From the NCBI GenBank assembly GCA_024278595.1, contig JAJRSW010000053.1, positions 4,488-68,487 of the forward strand: a stretch of DNA of 64,000 nucleotides, in the 5' to 3' direction. A program made the position numbers and the translations under genes. Origin of the DNA: Fidelibacterota bacterium (GTDB taxonomy: Bacteria; Fidelibacterota; UBA8477; JABMPR01). The notes below the pieces were generated by a model. It was not told the origin of the DNA. It did no database searches and was given only the letters and a program-made list of their open reading frames with translations. Positions 37,238-47,953 of this stretch are shown piece after piece; position 1 is the stretch's first letter, and each line of letters begins with the position of its first letter.

Positions 37238-38044
37238 TTATTTTCGGTAAGCTACTTTATGTTTTATGCTGTCCCAGACTTCATCCATTTCTTCCAGTGT
37301 CGCAGCTTCGATATCTCTGGCTTCAGATTCGAAAACTGCTTCCAATGCTCTAAATCTTGAGTCAAACTTATCGATGGCAATTCTCATTGCGGTCTCGCTG
37401 TCGATCTTCATCAAACGGGCCACATTTACCAGAGCGAATAACACATCACCAAACTCCTCACGCGTGCGTTTTGCATCTCCTTGCTGCCACTCATCGACTA
37501 GCTCATCAATCTCTTCATGAAATTTAGCAAGTGCTGGTAAAACATCATTCCAGTCAAAACCAACGTTGGATGCTTTTTCCTGGATCCGTTGCGCTCTGAT
37601 CAACCCGGGTAAGTTTTTCGGAACGCCATCTATCCAACTTTTTCGCCCTTCACTTTTCTTAACCTTCTCCCAATTTACTAGTGCATCTGCAGCCCGGTTG
37701 GCTTCACTTTTATTTTTACCAAATACATGGGGATGTCGACGGATCAATTTTTCATTGATGGAAGCCAGACTATCCTGGAGTTTGAATTGCCCCTGCTCTT
37801 CAGCCATTTGAGTCTGCATGACCACGTGCAGCATCAAGTCACCAAGTTCAGTTTGTAACTCCTCTGGTGATCCTGCTTCAATAGCCTCAACTACTTCGTA
37901 AGCTTCTTCGATCAAATAGGAAGTTAAACTCTCAGGCGTTTGTTCCCGATCCCAGGGACATCCATCCGGCGCCCTCAAACAGGTGACGATCTCCTGTAAT
38001 CTAGCAAGCTCTTCGGCAACCGTTAACTTGGATCTCTCAGTCAT
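37238..38044 (-). CDS. mazG: nucleoside triphosphate pyrophosphohydrolase MazG (tandem MazG domains)
   Basis: ESLTSYLIEEAYEVVEAIEAG..ELGDLMLHV in the first domain, and a second EEIDELVDE..EFGDVLFALV domain. Confidence 0.85.
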   Translation of the reverse strand: MTERSKLTVAEELARLQEIVTCLRAPDGCPWDREQTPESLTSYLIEEAYEVVEAIEAGSPEELQTELGDLMLHVVMQTQMAEEQGQFKLQDSLASINEKLIRRHPHVFGKNKSEANRAADALVNWEKVKKSEGRKSWIDGVPKNLPGLIRAQRIQEKASNVGFDWNDVLPALAKFHEEIDELVDEWQQGDAKRTREEFGDVLFALVNVARLMKIDSETAMRIAIDKFDSRFRALEAVFESEARDIEAATLEEMDEVWDSIKHKVAYRK

Positions 38045-39343
38045 CTATTCCACTCTACTTTTACTTACTTTAACCTTTTCAATGCGATTTTTCTCGACGG
38101 AAATCACTTCAAACCTGAAGCTCTTATATTCGATAGCCTCACCTTGATCAGGGATGGTACCCAGGCTAAAATATATCAGACCACCAACCGAGTCGTAATC
38201 CCGGTCTTCTGAAAACTCGATTCCCAGGATCTCAGCAACATCATCCAGGGGTGTGGCTGCTTCGATCAGGTAGACATCAGGTGCAAGTTCAACTATCTCA
38301 GTATCTGCAGTAGAATCATCGATCTCATCTTTCAGATCGCCTAGTACTTCCTCAATGATATCTTCAACCGCTACCATCCCCGAAAATCCACCGTACTCAT
38401 CGACTACGATCCCCAGTTTTTGTTTCTGGTTCTGCATCTCCCGAAGCAGCGCATCAATAGGCTGGTGTTCTGGTACAAACATGGCGGGTCGAGCCAGACG
38501 CTCCAGATTTATCCGATGGGAACCACTGTGGAGATAGGGTAAAATATCCTTAATAAAAACAATTCCCTTGATCTGGTCAATCTGGTCACGATAAAGTGGA
38601 TATTTTGAGAAACCGGATTCTTTAATGATGGTCAACACATCGCTGCGACTCATTTCTGTATGAAACATCACTACATCAGGCCGCGGGATCATGATCTCCT
38701 TGGATTGAGTGTCACCAAATTCGATCACGGAATGGATCATCTCTTTCTCATCTTCTCCAATGACCCCCTGATCCTGACCGAGTTCTACCAAGGCCTTGAT
38801 CTCTTCGTCTGAAGTAAAATTCTCCTCAGGTTGAACGCCAAATAAATTAACCATTTTCTCAATTAACGTATAAACAACCTGGGCAAAGGGTGAAAATAAC
38901 TTAAAGATAAAGGATAAACTGCCGACAATCCGCGAAGCAAAACCGAGGGAATGACGCATGGCAAGCACCTTGGGTGTGATCTCACCGAGGATCACCAGGA
39001 CGATCGTAAGTACAACGGTCTCGATGGCTAAGGCAAAGATCTGATTAAATCCATGCTCTCGGGCAATTCCCACCGTGATGAGAGCGGCCATGGAGGCCAG
39101 AGCAACATTTACAATGGTATTTCCGGTTAGGATGGTGATCAAAAGGCGTTTAGGGCTTGTTAATAGTCTGACAATAAGACGTGAAGATGGGGCAATATCA
39201 TGTTTTAATTTTTCCACATCATTCCGTTTTAAATTAAACAAAGCCGTTTCTGAGCCTGAAAAATAAGCTGAGCTTAACAAAAGTAGAATAAAGAGCGCTG
39301 ACTGCCAAAGCAGGGGAGATTCAATTATTGCGGTATAGTCCAT
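38045..39343 (-). CDS. HlyC/CorC (CNNM) family transporter: DUF21 TM domain, CBS pair and CorC_HlyC domain
   Basis: Four N-terminal TM helices, a CBS pair (KEIMIPRPDVVMF.., IVFIKDILP), and a C-terminal CorC_HlyC transporter-associated domain (GIVVDEYGGFSGMVAVEDIIEEVLGD). Confidence 0.85.
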   Translation of the reverse strand: MDYTAIIESPLLWQSALFILLLLSSAYFSGSETALFNLKRNDVEKLKHDIAPSSRLIVRLLTSPKRLLITILTGNTIVNVALASMAALITVGIAREHGFNQIFALAIETVVLTIVLVILGEITPKVLAMRHSLGFASRIVGSLSFIFKLFSPFAQVVYTLIEKMVNLFGVQPEENFTSDEEIKALVELGQDQGVIGEDEKEMIHSVIEFGDTQSKEIMIPRPDVVMFHTEMSRSDVLTIIKESGFSKYPLYRDQIDQIKGIVFIKDILPYLHSGSHRINLERLARPAMFVPEHQPIDALLREMQNQKQKLGIVVDEYGGFSGMVAVEDIIEEVLGDLKDEIDDSTADTEIVELAPDVYLIEAATPLDDVAEILGIEFSEDRDYDSVGGLIYFSLGTIPDQGEAIEYKSFRFEVISVEKNRIEKVKVSKSRVE

Positions 39344-39350
39344 TACGATC

Positions 39351-39764
39351 CTAGATCTCTAACTTCAGTAAATATCGGTCTTCTAAAAGGGTCATCTGGG
39401 CTTTTTGGCCGGAAGTTTTATCTTCATAACCACATAAGTGTAAGCAGCCATGAATTAACACTCGCTGCAGTTCATTCCGAGCATCAGATCCATAGCGAAG
39501 GGCATTTAGTTTGATCTGCTGCAGAGATAAATATATCTCACCTTCCAACTGTTCATCCGGTTCATTCAAGTTAAACACGATAACATCAGTATCCACATCC
39601 AGATCAAAATACTCCTTTTTAAGTTTTCGTAGGCTCTTCCGCCCCAGGAATATAACATTTATATAGTCAGATGTTTTGTCTTCTCCCCCAATAACCAGCT
39701 CAACGCTTTTCTTCATCAAGTCGATATCTACTTCGGGATCCGGGTCAATTATCTCAATCTGCAT
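39351..39764 (-). CDS. ybeY: rRNA maturation endoribonuclease YbeY
   Basis: Zinc-binding motif HGCLHLCGYEDK. 137 aa. In the conserved ybeY / 7TM-HD neighbourhood. Confidence 0.9.
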   Translation of the reverse strand: MQIEIIDPDPEVDIDLMKKSVELVIGGEDKTSDYINVIFLGRKSLRKLKKEYFDLDVDTDVIVFNLNEPDEQLEGEIYLSLQQIKLNALRYGSDARNELQRVLIHGCLHLCGYEDKTSGQKAQMTLLEDRYLLKLEI

Positions 39765-39800
39765 ATCAGTTAAAATAGCTAAGTTTTAATGAGGGATCGC

Positions 39801-42104
39801 CTAGTCTTCATCATCCATGATGTGCAGTTTTTTACGTTGCCCTGGATATTCGATCCGTTCATGCATACTGCCAGTGAGCACAGGCATCATAGCACCTTTA
39901 ATTGTCTCAAGGTCCCGAAATGTTAGGGGACAATTGATCAATTCTCCACCTTTGATGCGACTCTCAATGATCGTATCCATAAGTGTTTCAAGGCGTTGCG
40001 GATTGGGATTTTTGATCGAGCGGGAAGCCGCTTCAATTGCTTCCGCCAACATCAGGATACCCGTTTCCTTGGTATTGGGTCTGGGGCCAGGGTAACGAAA
40101 ATCTGCTTCATTGATCTCTGAGCCGGTTTCCTTGGCACGTTCCAGAGCCTGTTGATAAAAATACTCTACTCGTGTCCGTCCGTGATGCATGGGAACAAAG
40201 TCGGCGACAATTGAGGGTAATCGGTATTCATTGGCCAGTTTAATACCATCCTTGACATGGGCAACGATCACCGTAGCACTTAACCGGGGTGAAAGTTTCT
40301 CATGCTTGTTGGTTCCTCGTAATTGGTTCTCAATAAAATATTCCGGTTTTTCAGCCTTACCAATATCATGGTAATACGCACCCACTCGGGCCAGTAATGA
40401 GTTGGCTCCCACGGCTTCAGCAGCCGCCACAGCAAGATTACCCACATCAATACTATGTTTAAAGGTTCCCGGTGCTTTCATGGCCAGATTGCTTAATAGC
40501 TTATTATTAAAATCCAGCAGTTCAAGTAGCGTTAGATTGGTTGTTATCTTAAACGATCGTTCAATCAAAACCAGGAAACCGTAGGTCAGGAGCGGTGAAA
40601 GAAAACCGTTAGCTGCTGCAAAGATCATGTGCTCCATTACGGATTCCCAGCTACTGAACTGGATCATCTCAAAGACAGCAATAACTGCAACATACCCTGA
40701 AGTAACAGCCAGTATACTCCAGAGTATTTGTGAACGGGACCTTAATCTGCGAACCGTATAAATGGCCAATGAAGAAACAAACAGATTGGCCACAATAAAG
40801 GGGATGTTATTACTTAGAATGATACCCGTAAGCATGGTTAAAGACACCATAATGATAAACGCTATTCGGCCATCAAAAACCACCGTGAAAATCATGGCAG
40901 CGATGCTCATGGGAACAAAGAACTCTGACCATTGCAATTTATAAACTATGGTGTGAGCCATGGCCAATGTGAGAATAAAAATAATACCCACCAGTGCGAT
41001 CAGTTTTATGTCATTGAAGATCTGACTTCGGTAGGTTTGCAGGTAGGCAAAAAAGAAAAATAACAGGAAGGCTGAAAGCAGTATCTTCCCCATAATGGTC
41101 ATTAAACGATTAGCGGCAGATTCTCCATAGCCCCTGCGAATGTATTCTTTTTCAAGTGAATCGAGTTTTTGTTTTATTTGCTCAGTAACGCGGGTGTTAG
41201 CATCGACGATCCGCTCATTTTTAAAAACTTTTCCAACGCTGATGGGAACCAGGTTCCGTGCTTCCGCTTTGCGATTCTCAGTAAGCTCTGTGGAATAATT
41301 CAGGTTTGGTACCATGACAGCGCGAGCCATATCTTCAGTCAGTTGGAGCATGTGAGGATCACTATTCAGGTAGATACCGACCAGCACTTTCTGAACACTT
41401 TCCCAGGCTTCATTCATATCACGAAAGTCCTGAGGATTCCGACTGGACTCCTTGCCACGCATGATCATGCTAATCCGGATGTGTCCCTCACCAGGTGGCA
41501 GATCCCCAATTATCCCCAGCATATACTGGGGCAGGAGCGCCTGTTTTACCGAATTTGTCAATTGGCGGGTCGAGGGTCCCTTCTCCAGAAAGAAGCTCCA
41601 ACTGGGAGTTCCCAGGTCTTTTAAGCCCTTATCCTGCAGATCATGCTTGATATTGAGGACGTGAAGGGAGTCTTCCTGCAGCAGATAAAGCAGGGAATCG
41701 GCAACCACACTATCCTGAATCGTTTGCCAGTAACCCCGTTTGACGCTCAGCTCTTTTTCTGCCTGGTACCAGAGGGCCAGTTGGTTCCGAATCTGATCCA
41801 GACGCGTATTTACCTGATCACGACTGGTATTATCCCAGATAAAGACTGGCAGGATCGCATCTTCGCGGATGAGCCGATCTTTTTCCAAGGCACTCTCAGT
41901 TTTTAAAATATCAAAATCAAATGGGGCAATTATAGTCTCTGTGGTGATCTGATCTACGGCATAGTCGAACTGAAACATCTTGCCCTTCGGGAAAAATAGA
42001 GCTGTGCCAACCAGCAGTAATAGGATTAATGAGACCTGGCTGATTCTGAGCCAGAGGTGGTATTGTTTCTCATCACTAACGACCTTTTTCGATTGTGGTA
42101 GCAT
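39801..42104 (-). CDS. 7TM receptor with intracellular HD phosphohydrolase domain (PgpH/YqfF-like)
   Basis: Extracellular N-terminal domain, seven TM helices, and a C-terminal HD domain (GAYYHDIGK, HHG). Classic position upstream of ybeY. Confidence 0.8.
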   Translation of the reverse strand: MLPQSKKVVSDEKQYHLWLRISQVSLILLLLVGTALFFPKGKMFQFDYAVDQITTETIIAPFDFDILKTESALEKDRLIREDAILPVFIWDNTSRDQVNTRLDQIRNQLALWYQAEKELSVKRGYWQTIQDSVVADSLLYLLQEDSLHVLNIKHDLQDKGLKDLGTPSWSFFLEKGPSTRQLTNSVKQALLPQYMLGIIGDLPPGEGHIRISMIMRGKESSRNPQDFRDMNEAWESVQKVLVGIYLNSDPHMLQLTEDMARAVMVPNLNYSTELTENRKAEARNLVPISVGKVFKNERIVDANTRVTEQIKQKLDSLEKEYIRRGYGESAANRLMTIMGKILLSAFLLFFFFAYLQTYRSQIFNDIKLIALVGIIFILTLAMAHTIVYKLQWSEFFVPMSIAAMIFTVVFDGRIAFIIMVSLTMLTGIILSNNIPFIVANLFVSSLAIYTVRRLRSRSQILWSILAVTSGYVAVIAVFEMIQFSSWESVMEHMIFAAANGFLSPLLTYGFLVLIERSFKITTNLTLLELLDFNNKLLSNLAMKAPGTFKHSIDVGNLAVAAAEAVGANSLLARVGAYYHDIGKAEKPEYFIENQLRGTNKHEKLSPRLSATVIVAHVKDGIKLANEYRLPSIVADFVPMHHGRTRVEYFYQQALERAKETGSEINEADFRYPGPRPNTKETGILMLAEAIEAASRSIKNPNPQRLETLMDTIIESRIKGGELINCPLTFRDLETIKGAMMPVLTGSMHERIEYPGQRKKLHIMDDED

Positions 42105-42111
42105 GCAGTGA

Positions 42112-43260
42112 TTATAATCCTTTCAAGAGCTGCTTCAAAATAACAAGTTTCTGTACTTCTGAGGTACCCTCGCCAATGGTTAATACTTTGGCATCTCGAA
42201 AAAAGCGCTCGACTTTAAATTCTTTTATGTATCCATAACCACCATGTACCTGAACGGCAAAGTTGGTGGCCTGAACAGCGATCTCTGATGCTTTTAATTT
42301 GGCCATGGCTGCGGCTTTAACCACATCTTCTCCCTGATCTTTAAGATAACTGGCGTGATAGACCAGGTGTTTGGCAGCTTCGATCTCGGTGGCGATCTCA
42401 GAGAGTTGCAATCCAATCCCCTGAAACCGGTGAATCTTTTTCCCAAAGGCCTCGCGTTCATCCGAGTATTTCAGAGCAGCCTGCAGGGCACCTTCTGCCA
42501 GACCCAGGGATAAGGCAGCCACGCTGATCCGGCCGCCAACCAAAGCAGCCATCATTTGTTTGAAACCCACATCCAGTTTTCCCAACAGTGCATCACCGGG
42601 AACCCGCATATTCTCAAAGGTTAAAGCCCGGGTATCAGAAGCTCGCCAACCCATTTTATTTTCAGGTGGGCCGATGATGAATCCTGGTGTTTTGGGATCA
42701 ACCATAAAAACTGATATTCCTCCGGGGCGTTTTGCGGTACGGTCGGTTACTGCCGTAAGATTACAAACACCAGCATAGCCGGCATTGGTGATAAAATTCT
42801 TAGAACCATTGATGATCCAGTCTGCTCCATCCCGGACAGCTGTGGTCCTGGTGCCGCCGGCATCAGAACCTGCCTCTGCCTCAGTTAGACCAAAACAAGC
42901 CAGATATTTACCGGCGATGAGGTTTTCCAGGTGCTTCGCTTTCTGAGCCTCATCTCCAAAAAGAAAAATCGGATAGGTACCAAGAGAGATATGGGCGGCC
43001 ACGGTAATGGCAACCGAGGAGTCAACCTTGGCCAACTCTTCAATAACCAGAGTATAGGCCATCGTATCCATCCCCGCACCTCCATATTCCTCAGGAAATG
43101 GAATACCCAGGAGTCCTAATTCAGCTAATTTGGGAATCAGTTCAGTGGGGAAGCGTTCCTCTTTATCAAGAGCCTCAACGATAGGCGCCACTTCATTTGC
43201 GGCAAAATCGCGCACCATATCCTGGATCATGTAGTGCTCTTCCTGAAAATACTGCTTCAT
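42112..43260 (-). CDS. acyl-CoA dehydrogenase (short-chain/butyryl-CoA dehydrogenase-like)
   Basis: ACAD N-, middle and C-terminal signatures (CFGLTEAEAGSDAGG.., catalytic region near the C-terminus). 382 aa. Confidence 0.9.
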   Translation of the reverse strand: MKQYFQEEHYMIQDMVRDFAANEVAPIVEALDKEERFPTELIPKLAELGLLGIPFPEEYGGAGMDTMAYTLVIEELAKVDSSVAITVAAHISLGTYPIFLFGDEAQKAKHLENLIAGKYLACFGLTEAEAGSDAGGTRTTAVRDGADWIINGSKNFITNAGYAGVCNLTAVTDRTAKRPGGISVFMVDPKTPGFIIGPPENKMGWRASDTRALTFENMRVPGDALLGKLDVGFKQMMAALVGGRISVAALSLGLAEGALQAALKYSDEREAFGKKIHRFQGIGLQLSEIATEIEAAKHLVYHASYLKDQGEDVVKAAAMAKLKASEIAVQATNFAVQVHGGYGYIKEFKVERFFRDAKVLTIGEGTSEVQKLVILKQLLKGL

Positions 43261-43296
43261 CTCAATGTCCCTCTCATCTTAATCTACACCAAAGAA

Positions 43297-44295
43297 CTAC
43301 CATTTGATCACTGAGGCACCCCAGGTGAAACCGGCACCAAACGAGGCAACAACAAGGTAATCACCCCGATGGAGCTTCCCCTCAGCCATGGCTTCATAGA
43401 GCGCAATGGGAATGGATGCTGAGGTTGTATTACCATATTTATGGATATTGGAATAGACCACTTCATGCAATTTGAGATCCAAACGCTTGGCAACTGCCTC
43501 AGTGATACGCAGGTTAGCTTGATGAGGTACCACCAACTTGATCTGATCTTTCTCAACCCCGGCTTTTTCCAAAGCCTCTTTGATGACCTGGGGGAACTTG
43601 GTGATAGCATGTTTGAATACGCTGCGTCCATTCATTTTTACCCGACCATGCCCCTGGTCAAGCAGTGCATGGGTAAGCAGGGGGTTATCCAGGGTGGAAG
43701 GCGTACGCATCATAAGATCCTCTGCATAGCGCCCATCTGAATGAGTGACAACCGAGAGTAGTCCCCGATCTGTATCCGTTGCCTTTAGCACAGTTGCTGC
43801 AGCTCCATCGCCAAATAGAACAGCCGTGTCCCGGCCCTCTGTGGAAAAATCCAGGGCAACTGATTGAACTTCTGAGGTGATAAGCAGAATATTGTCGTGG
43901 GCCCCTGATTCTATAAAAGCTTTAGCAATGGATAATCCATAAAGAAATCCTGAACAAGCCATCCGAATGTCCACTGCCGGAGTACCCGGAATTCCCAGGC
44001 GCCTGGTCATCATGGGACCGCCACCTGGCACAAAATAGTCACTGGCCATGGTAGAGAAGATGATATGATCTATATCCTCAGCGACCATACCTGCCTTCTC
44101 AAGCACCTCTTCAGTGGCTTTCAAAGCCAGGTCAGTGGTACACTCTCCATCCACATGGTGACGTTCCTGGATACCTGAACGTTCCCTGATCCATTGGTCT
44201 GAGGTGTCCATTATTTTTTCCAGATCCTGGTTCGTGACAATTTTGGGTGGCACATACATCCCAATGGCATCGATATAGGCTTTTCTCATCTTCAT
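43297..44295 (-). CDS. fabH: 3-oxoacyl-[acyl-carrier-protein] synthase III
   Basis: Active-site Cys motif MACSGFLYGLSIA, HQANLRI, and C-terminal SFGAGFTWG. 332 aa. Confidence 0.9.
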   Translation of the reverse strand: MKMRKAYIDAIGMYVPPKIVTNQDLEKIMDTSDQWIRERSGIQERHHVDGECTTDLALKATEEVLEKAGMVAEDIDHIIFSTMASDYFVPGGGPMMTRRLGIPGTPAVDIRMACSGFLYGLSIAKAFIESGAHDNILLITSEVQSVALDFSTEGRDTAVLFGDGAAATVLKATDTDRGLLSVVTHSDGRYAEDLMMRTPSTLDNPLLTHALLDQGHGRVKMNGRSVFKHAITKFPQVIKEALEKAGVEKDQIKLVVPHQANLRITEAVAKRLDLKLHEVVYSNIHKYGNTTSASIPIALYEAMAEGKLHRGDYLVVASFGAGFTWGASVIKW

Positions 44296-44300
44296 TCCCT

Positions 44301-46007
44301 CTAATTCATCAATCGGATATCTTTTAGTTCCAGTTGAATAGTCTTACGTCCCTGCCACTCATTCTCAGCAAGTACGTAGGCCATTTCTAAAGGTTTATTT
44401 GCGTACAGGAGTTCAAGATCTTCTGCCATACCAAACCCGATGGCATCCAGAACGGTGCGTCCCTGGCGAACTTTTAATTTCAGGTGATTTTTGCCCACGA
44501 TCTTAGGACGTGGATAGCCGATCACCTCCAGGTTCTGGCTGGCAAACAACGGTCGCATATTGCCCGGTCCATAAGGAGCCAGGCGTCGCAGGGTTTCCAT
44601 TAGCTGTGAATTGACATCGGTAAATTCGATCACCGATTCGATCTTCAAACGCGGACTCATCATCTCCTCTGTGATCATTTCCATGGCCACTGCCTGAAAG
44701 CGCTGTTCGAAAGCCTCAAGATTGACGGGATCAATGGTCATGCCTGCTGCCATGGTATGGCCGCCGAAGGTCACTAACAGATCTGCACATTTTGAAAAAG
44801 CCGCGTGCAGGTCAAATCCGGTAATACTCCGGGCCGATGCTTTCCCCACGCCATGGTTCACGGCAATTACAACAGTGGGAACATGGTATCGTTCTTTTAA
44901 TTTCGAAGCCACAATACCGATCACGCCATGATGCCAGCCTTCTTTGTGTAATACGAGAGACCGTTTTTCGCGCGGATCGGATTGGGAGTTGGACTTGCGA
45001 ACGGCTTCATCAAATATCTTCGCTTCCACCATTTTTCGCGCTTCATTTTCAGAATTCAGAACAGCTGACAACTCGCGGGCTTTTGATGAAGTATCCGCCG
45101 TCATAAGATGGACAGCCCGCATGGCTTCACCCAGGCGACCAACAGCATTGATCCGTGGTCCCAGACCAAATAATACGTCAGATACCGTAACCTCATCGTG
45201 GGTGATCCCTGCGACCTTCTTCAGGGCTTTGATCCCCGGTCGTTTCCCCTGACTGATCAACTTGAGCCCTTCGCTGAGGATGATGCGGTTCTCTCCGGTG
45301 ACCATTACAATATCAGCAGCTGTGCCAATGGCAGCCAGATCTAGATTCTGATAGGCCTGTTCTGCTGCCAGGCCGCGACTTTTACTGATGGCCTGGGTCA
45401 GTTTAAAGGCGACCCCGACACCACATAGATGCTTGTTGGGGTATTCACAACCGGCCAGTTTGGGATTCAAAATAGCCACTGCGTCCGGTAGTTGATCATC
45501 AGGTATGTGATGATCGGTGATTATCATTTTGATCCCTTTTCCATGGGCATATTCAGTCTGCTCAACTGCTGTGATACCACAATCACAGGTGATGATCAAT
45601 TGGGCACCAATCTCAGCTGCATAATCGATCCCCTGGTGTGACACGCCATAGCCTTCATTGATCCGGTCCGGGATATAATATTCTGATTTCGCTCCAATTG
45701 ACTGGAGAAAAAGATGCAATAGCGCAGCTGCTGTTGTGCCATCTACATCATAATCCCCAAAAATCAGGATGGGTTGGTGCTCATCCAGACACCTGGAGAC
45801 CTCGGCTACTGCCGTTTCCATATTAAGCATTAGAAAGGGATCCAGCAAATGAGAGATGGACGGGTTAAAAAACTCCCGGGCCGCATCCATCGATCGTAGC
45901 TCCCGGCGCCAAAGAATGCCTGATACGACAGGAGAAACACCTAGAGCAGCAGCCAGAGTATCAATTTCTGCTTGGGGACTATCTTGAATGATCCATATTT
46001 TTTCCAT
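44301..46007 (-). CDS. recJ: single-stranded-DNA-specific exonuclease RecJ
   Basis: DHH motifs (IFGDYDVDGTTAAALL, ITDHH), a DHHA1 domain (GGHTMAAG) and a C-terminal OB-fold region. 568 aa. Confidence 0.9.
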   Translation of the reverse strand: MEKIWIIQDSPQAEIDTLAAALGVSPVVSGILWRRELRSMDAAREFFNPSISHLLDPFLMLNMETAVAEVSRCLDEHQPILIFGDYDVDGTTAAALLHLFLQSIGAKSEYYIPDRINEGYGVSHQGIDYAAEIGAQLIITCDCGITAVEQTEYAHGKGIKMIITDHHIPDDQLPDAVAILNPKLAGCEYPNKHLCGVGVAFKLTQAISKSRGLAAEQAYQNLDLAAIGTAADIVMVTGENRIILSEGLKLISQGKRPGIKALKKVAGITHDEVTVSDVLFGLGPRINAVGRLGEAMRAVHLMTADTSSKARELSAVLNSENEARKMVEAKIFDEAVRKSNSQSDPREKRSLVLHKEGWHHGVIGIVASKLKERYHVPTVVIAVNHGVGKASARSITGFDLHAAFSKCADLLVTFGGHTMAAGMTIDPVNLEAFEQRFQAVAMEMITEEMMSPRLKIESVIEFTDVNSQLMETLRRLAPYGPGNMRPLFASQNLEVIGYPRPKIVGKNHLKLKVRQGRTVLDAIGFGMAEDLELLYANKPLEMAYVLAENEWQGRKTIQLELKDIRLMN

Positions 46008-46549
46008 AATTAATCAGTCCATAGTATAAACTTCTTCTCGGTTTTATTCACAGGAAAAACAAATTCATTTTTCTTTTTACAACAAAACATTACCGTTATT
46101 TGCGAAACAGGCCTGATATCAGAGCTAACCCGCTTATTTCATGAGGGTGAGCAAAAGCAAACATAAGATGTCATTTACAGTATAATGCAAAGTTTTTCTT
46201 AAAATACACTTTGTACACAGGTGTTTCTTACTGAGGAGTTTTGAATTTTACCAAGGCGGAAAGATGAACCTCCCTTCGACAGGCTCTGGGACCACCCGCA
46301 GACGGCCCCGTAGGACCGTTGAGGACAGATTTAGCTTTCCGACGCAGGTAGAATTTAAAAAAACCAGTAAGATTGCATTCCTTCATGAAATATGCGGGCC
46401 AAGCCCCTGCTGGTCAGAATCTCTAGAGTGCACCACTCACTGAAAATTCTGGTTGGTAAGTTGGTTTCTGTAAGCTTCCGGGGAAGATTATTGATCGGGT
46501 GCTTTTTTCACCAGTTCCCTTGTAAAAAAAACACGTCTGATTCGTAATA

Positions 46550-46945
46550 AATAGGTGGATCTGTAAGCCGGATTCTGTCTTATCCTCTATGAGCATGAGG
46601 CAGCCATTGATCTGGATCCCGGTTTGCACCGTGATACAAGCTTCCCACCCGAAGAGTATCATCCAGGATGATCTGGCGGACCACCAATCTCTTCTGCTTG
46701 GAATTGCTCCGGTTGGGGTTTTCCCACATGGTCAATTACTTGACCACGGCGTGAGCTCTTACCTCACGATTTCACCCTTACTCATCAACGTCCAGTTGTA
46801 TTAGGCGTAGATGAGCGGTATCTTTTCTGTGGCACTTTCCATCCCCACCAGTTGGTGGGGTCCCATGCTGCGAACATGGGCAACCCGTCCTGCGGAGTCC
46901 GGACTTTCCTCCCGGCAAAAGCCAGGCGACTGCCCGATCCACCCA
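46550..46945 (-). ncRNA. rnpB: RNase P RNA, bacterial type A
   Basis: Minus-strand transcript with a P1 stem GGUGGAUC/GAUCCACC and P4 strands GGGAGGAAAGUCCGGACUCC and ACAGAAUCCGGCUUACAG. A short P3 hairpin CCUGGCUUUUGCCGGG. The P10-P12 region GGGUGAAAUCGUGAGGUAAGAGCUCACG and the P15-like AAACCCCAACCGGAGCAA match the E. coli M1 RNA consensus. Confidence 0.88.
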
Positions 46946-47239
46946 TATTTTAAAAAACGATTAGAAAGTAATGTAATTGTAGCGGTCTAAAAGAAAAATG
47001 ACCTCCAAAAGCAGATCATTTTTTAATTAAATATTCTCTAACCTGAATAATTCATAGCCACTAAGTCACGAAGGTCCAAAGTTTTAATAAATATATGCTT
47101 AGCAAAAATTATCATTCACAGATGCAAATAATTCTGTTTAAAATGACCTTGCTCATAACTTTAATAATCTTCGTAACTTAGTGTTTTCGTGGCAATAATT
47201 CATGAATAATGCAGGCTAAAAAGATGGGTGAGAAACTAG

Positions 47240-47953
47240 CTAATCACCATCCTTGGGAATATGAACCAGAATACGGCCACAGTTCTCACATTCAATAAGT
47301 GAATCCATTTGCTGAATTTCATAGACGACCTGGGGCGAAAGTTGTTTATGACAGCCCACACAAGCCGAACGTTCAATCGCAACAACAGCCCGGCGACGAG
47401 CTTTCAGGATCCGATCATATTTGCGTAGATAACGTTGACCGATATTTTTTGTCAGTTCTTCGCGTTGAAGTTCCAATTCTTTCTGTCGGACATCTGTAAG
47501 ATCAGATTTTTCTTTCAATTCGTCACGATTGGCTTCCAACTGGGCCAAAAAATCGGTGCTTTGTTGTTCGGAAGAGGCCATCGTACCTTCAAGTTCTTCG
47601 ATCTCAGTTTCCAGAACCAGTTGTCTTGCTTCCATCTCGACCATCCCGGACTTGACGGTTTCAATCTCATTGGTCAGTGCATCATATTCACGATTGGTCG
47701 TAACAAGATAGAGTTGATCCTGGTACTTTTTAACTTTCTCAGCTGCATCCATGAGGGTACCATTGATGCCAAGCAGCTCTTTCTGATTTTTATCCAGGGT
47801 TAACTGAGTATTTCTTAGGTCAGATTTGATGGATTCAGCCTGAGATTCCAGTTTCTCAACTTGTTCAGGAAGACTCCCTTTTTTCTCATCAATTTCAAAA
47901 AGCTGACGATCAATTTCCTGGAGATCAATCAGAGACTTCAATACATTTTTCAT
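47240..47953 (-). CDS. COG1579/DUF164 zinc-ribbon coiled-coil protein
   Basis: Long coiled coil followed by a C4 zinc ribbon CVGCHKQLSPQ...CENCGRIL. This family is frequently encoded immediately upstream of rnpB. Confidence 0.75.
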   Translation of the reverse strand: MKNVLKSLIDLQEIDRQLFEIDEKKGSLPEQVEKLESQAESIKSDLRNTQLTLDKNQKELLGINGTLMDAAEKVKKYQDQLYLVTTNREYDALTNEIETVKSGMVEMEARQLVLETEIEELEGTMASSEQQSTDFLAQLEANRDELKEKSDLTDVRQKELELQREELTKNIGQRYLRKYDRILKARRRAVVAIERSACVGCHKQLSPQVVYEIQQMDSLIECENCGRILVHIPKDGD

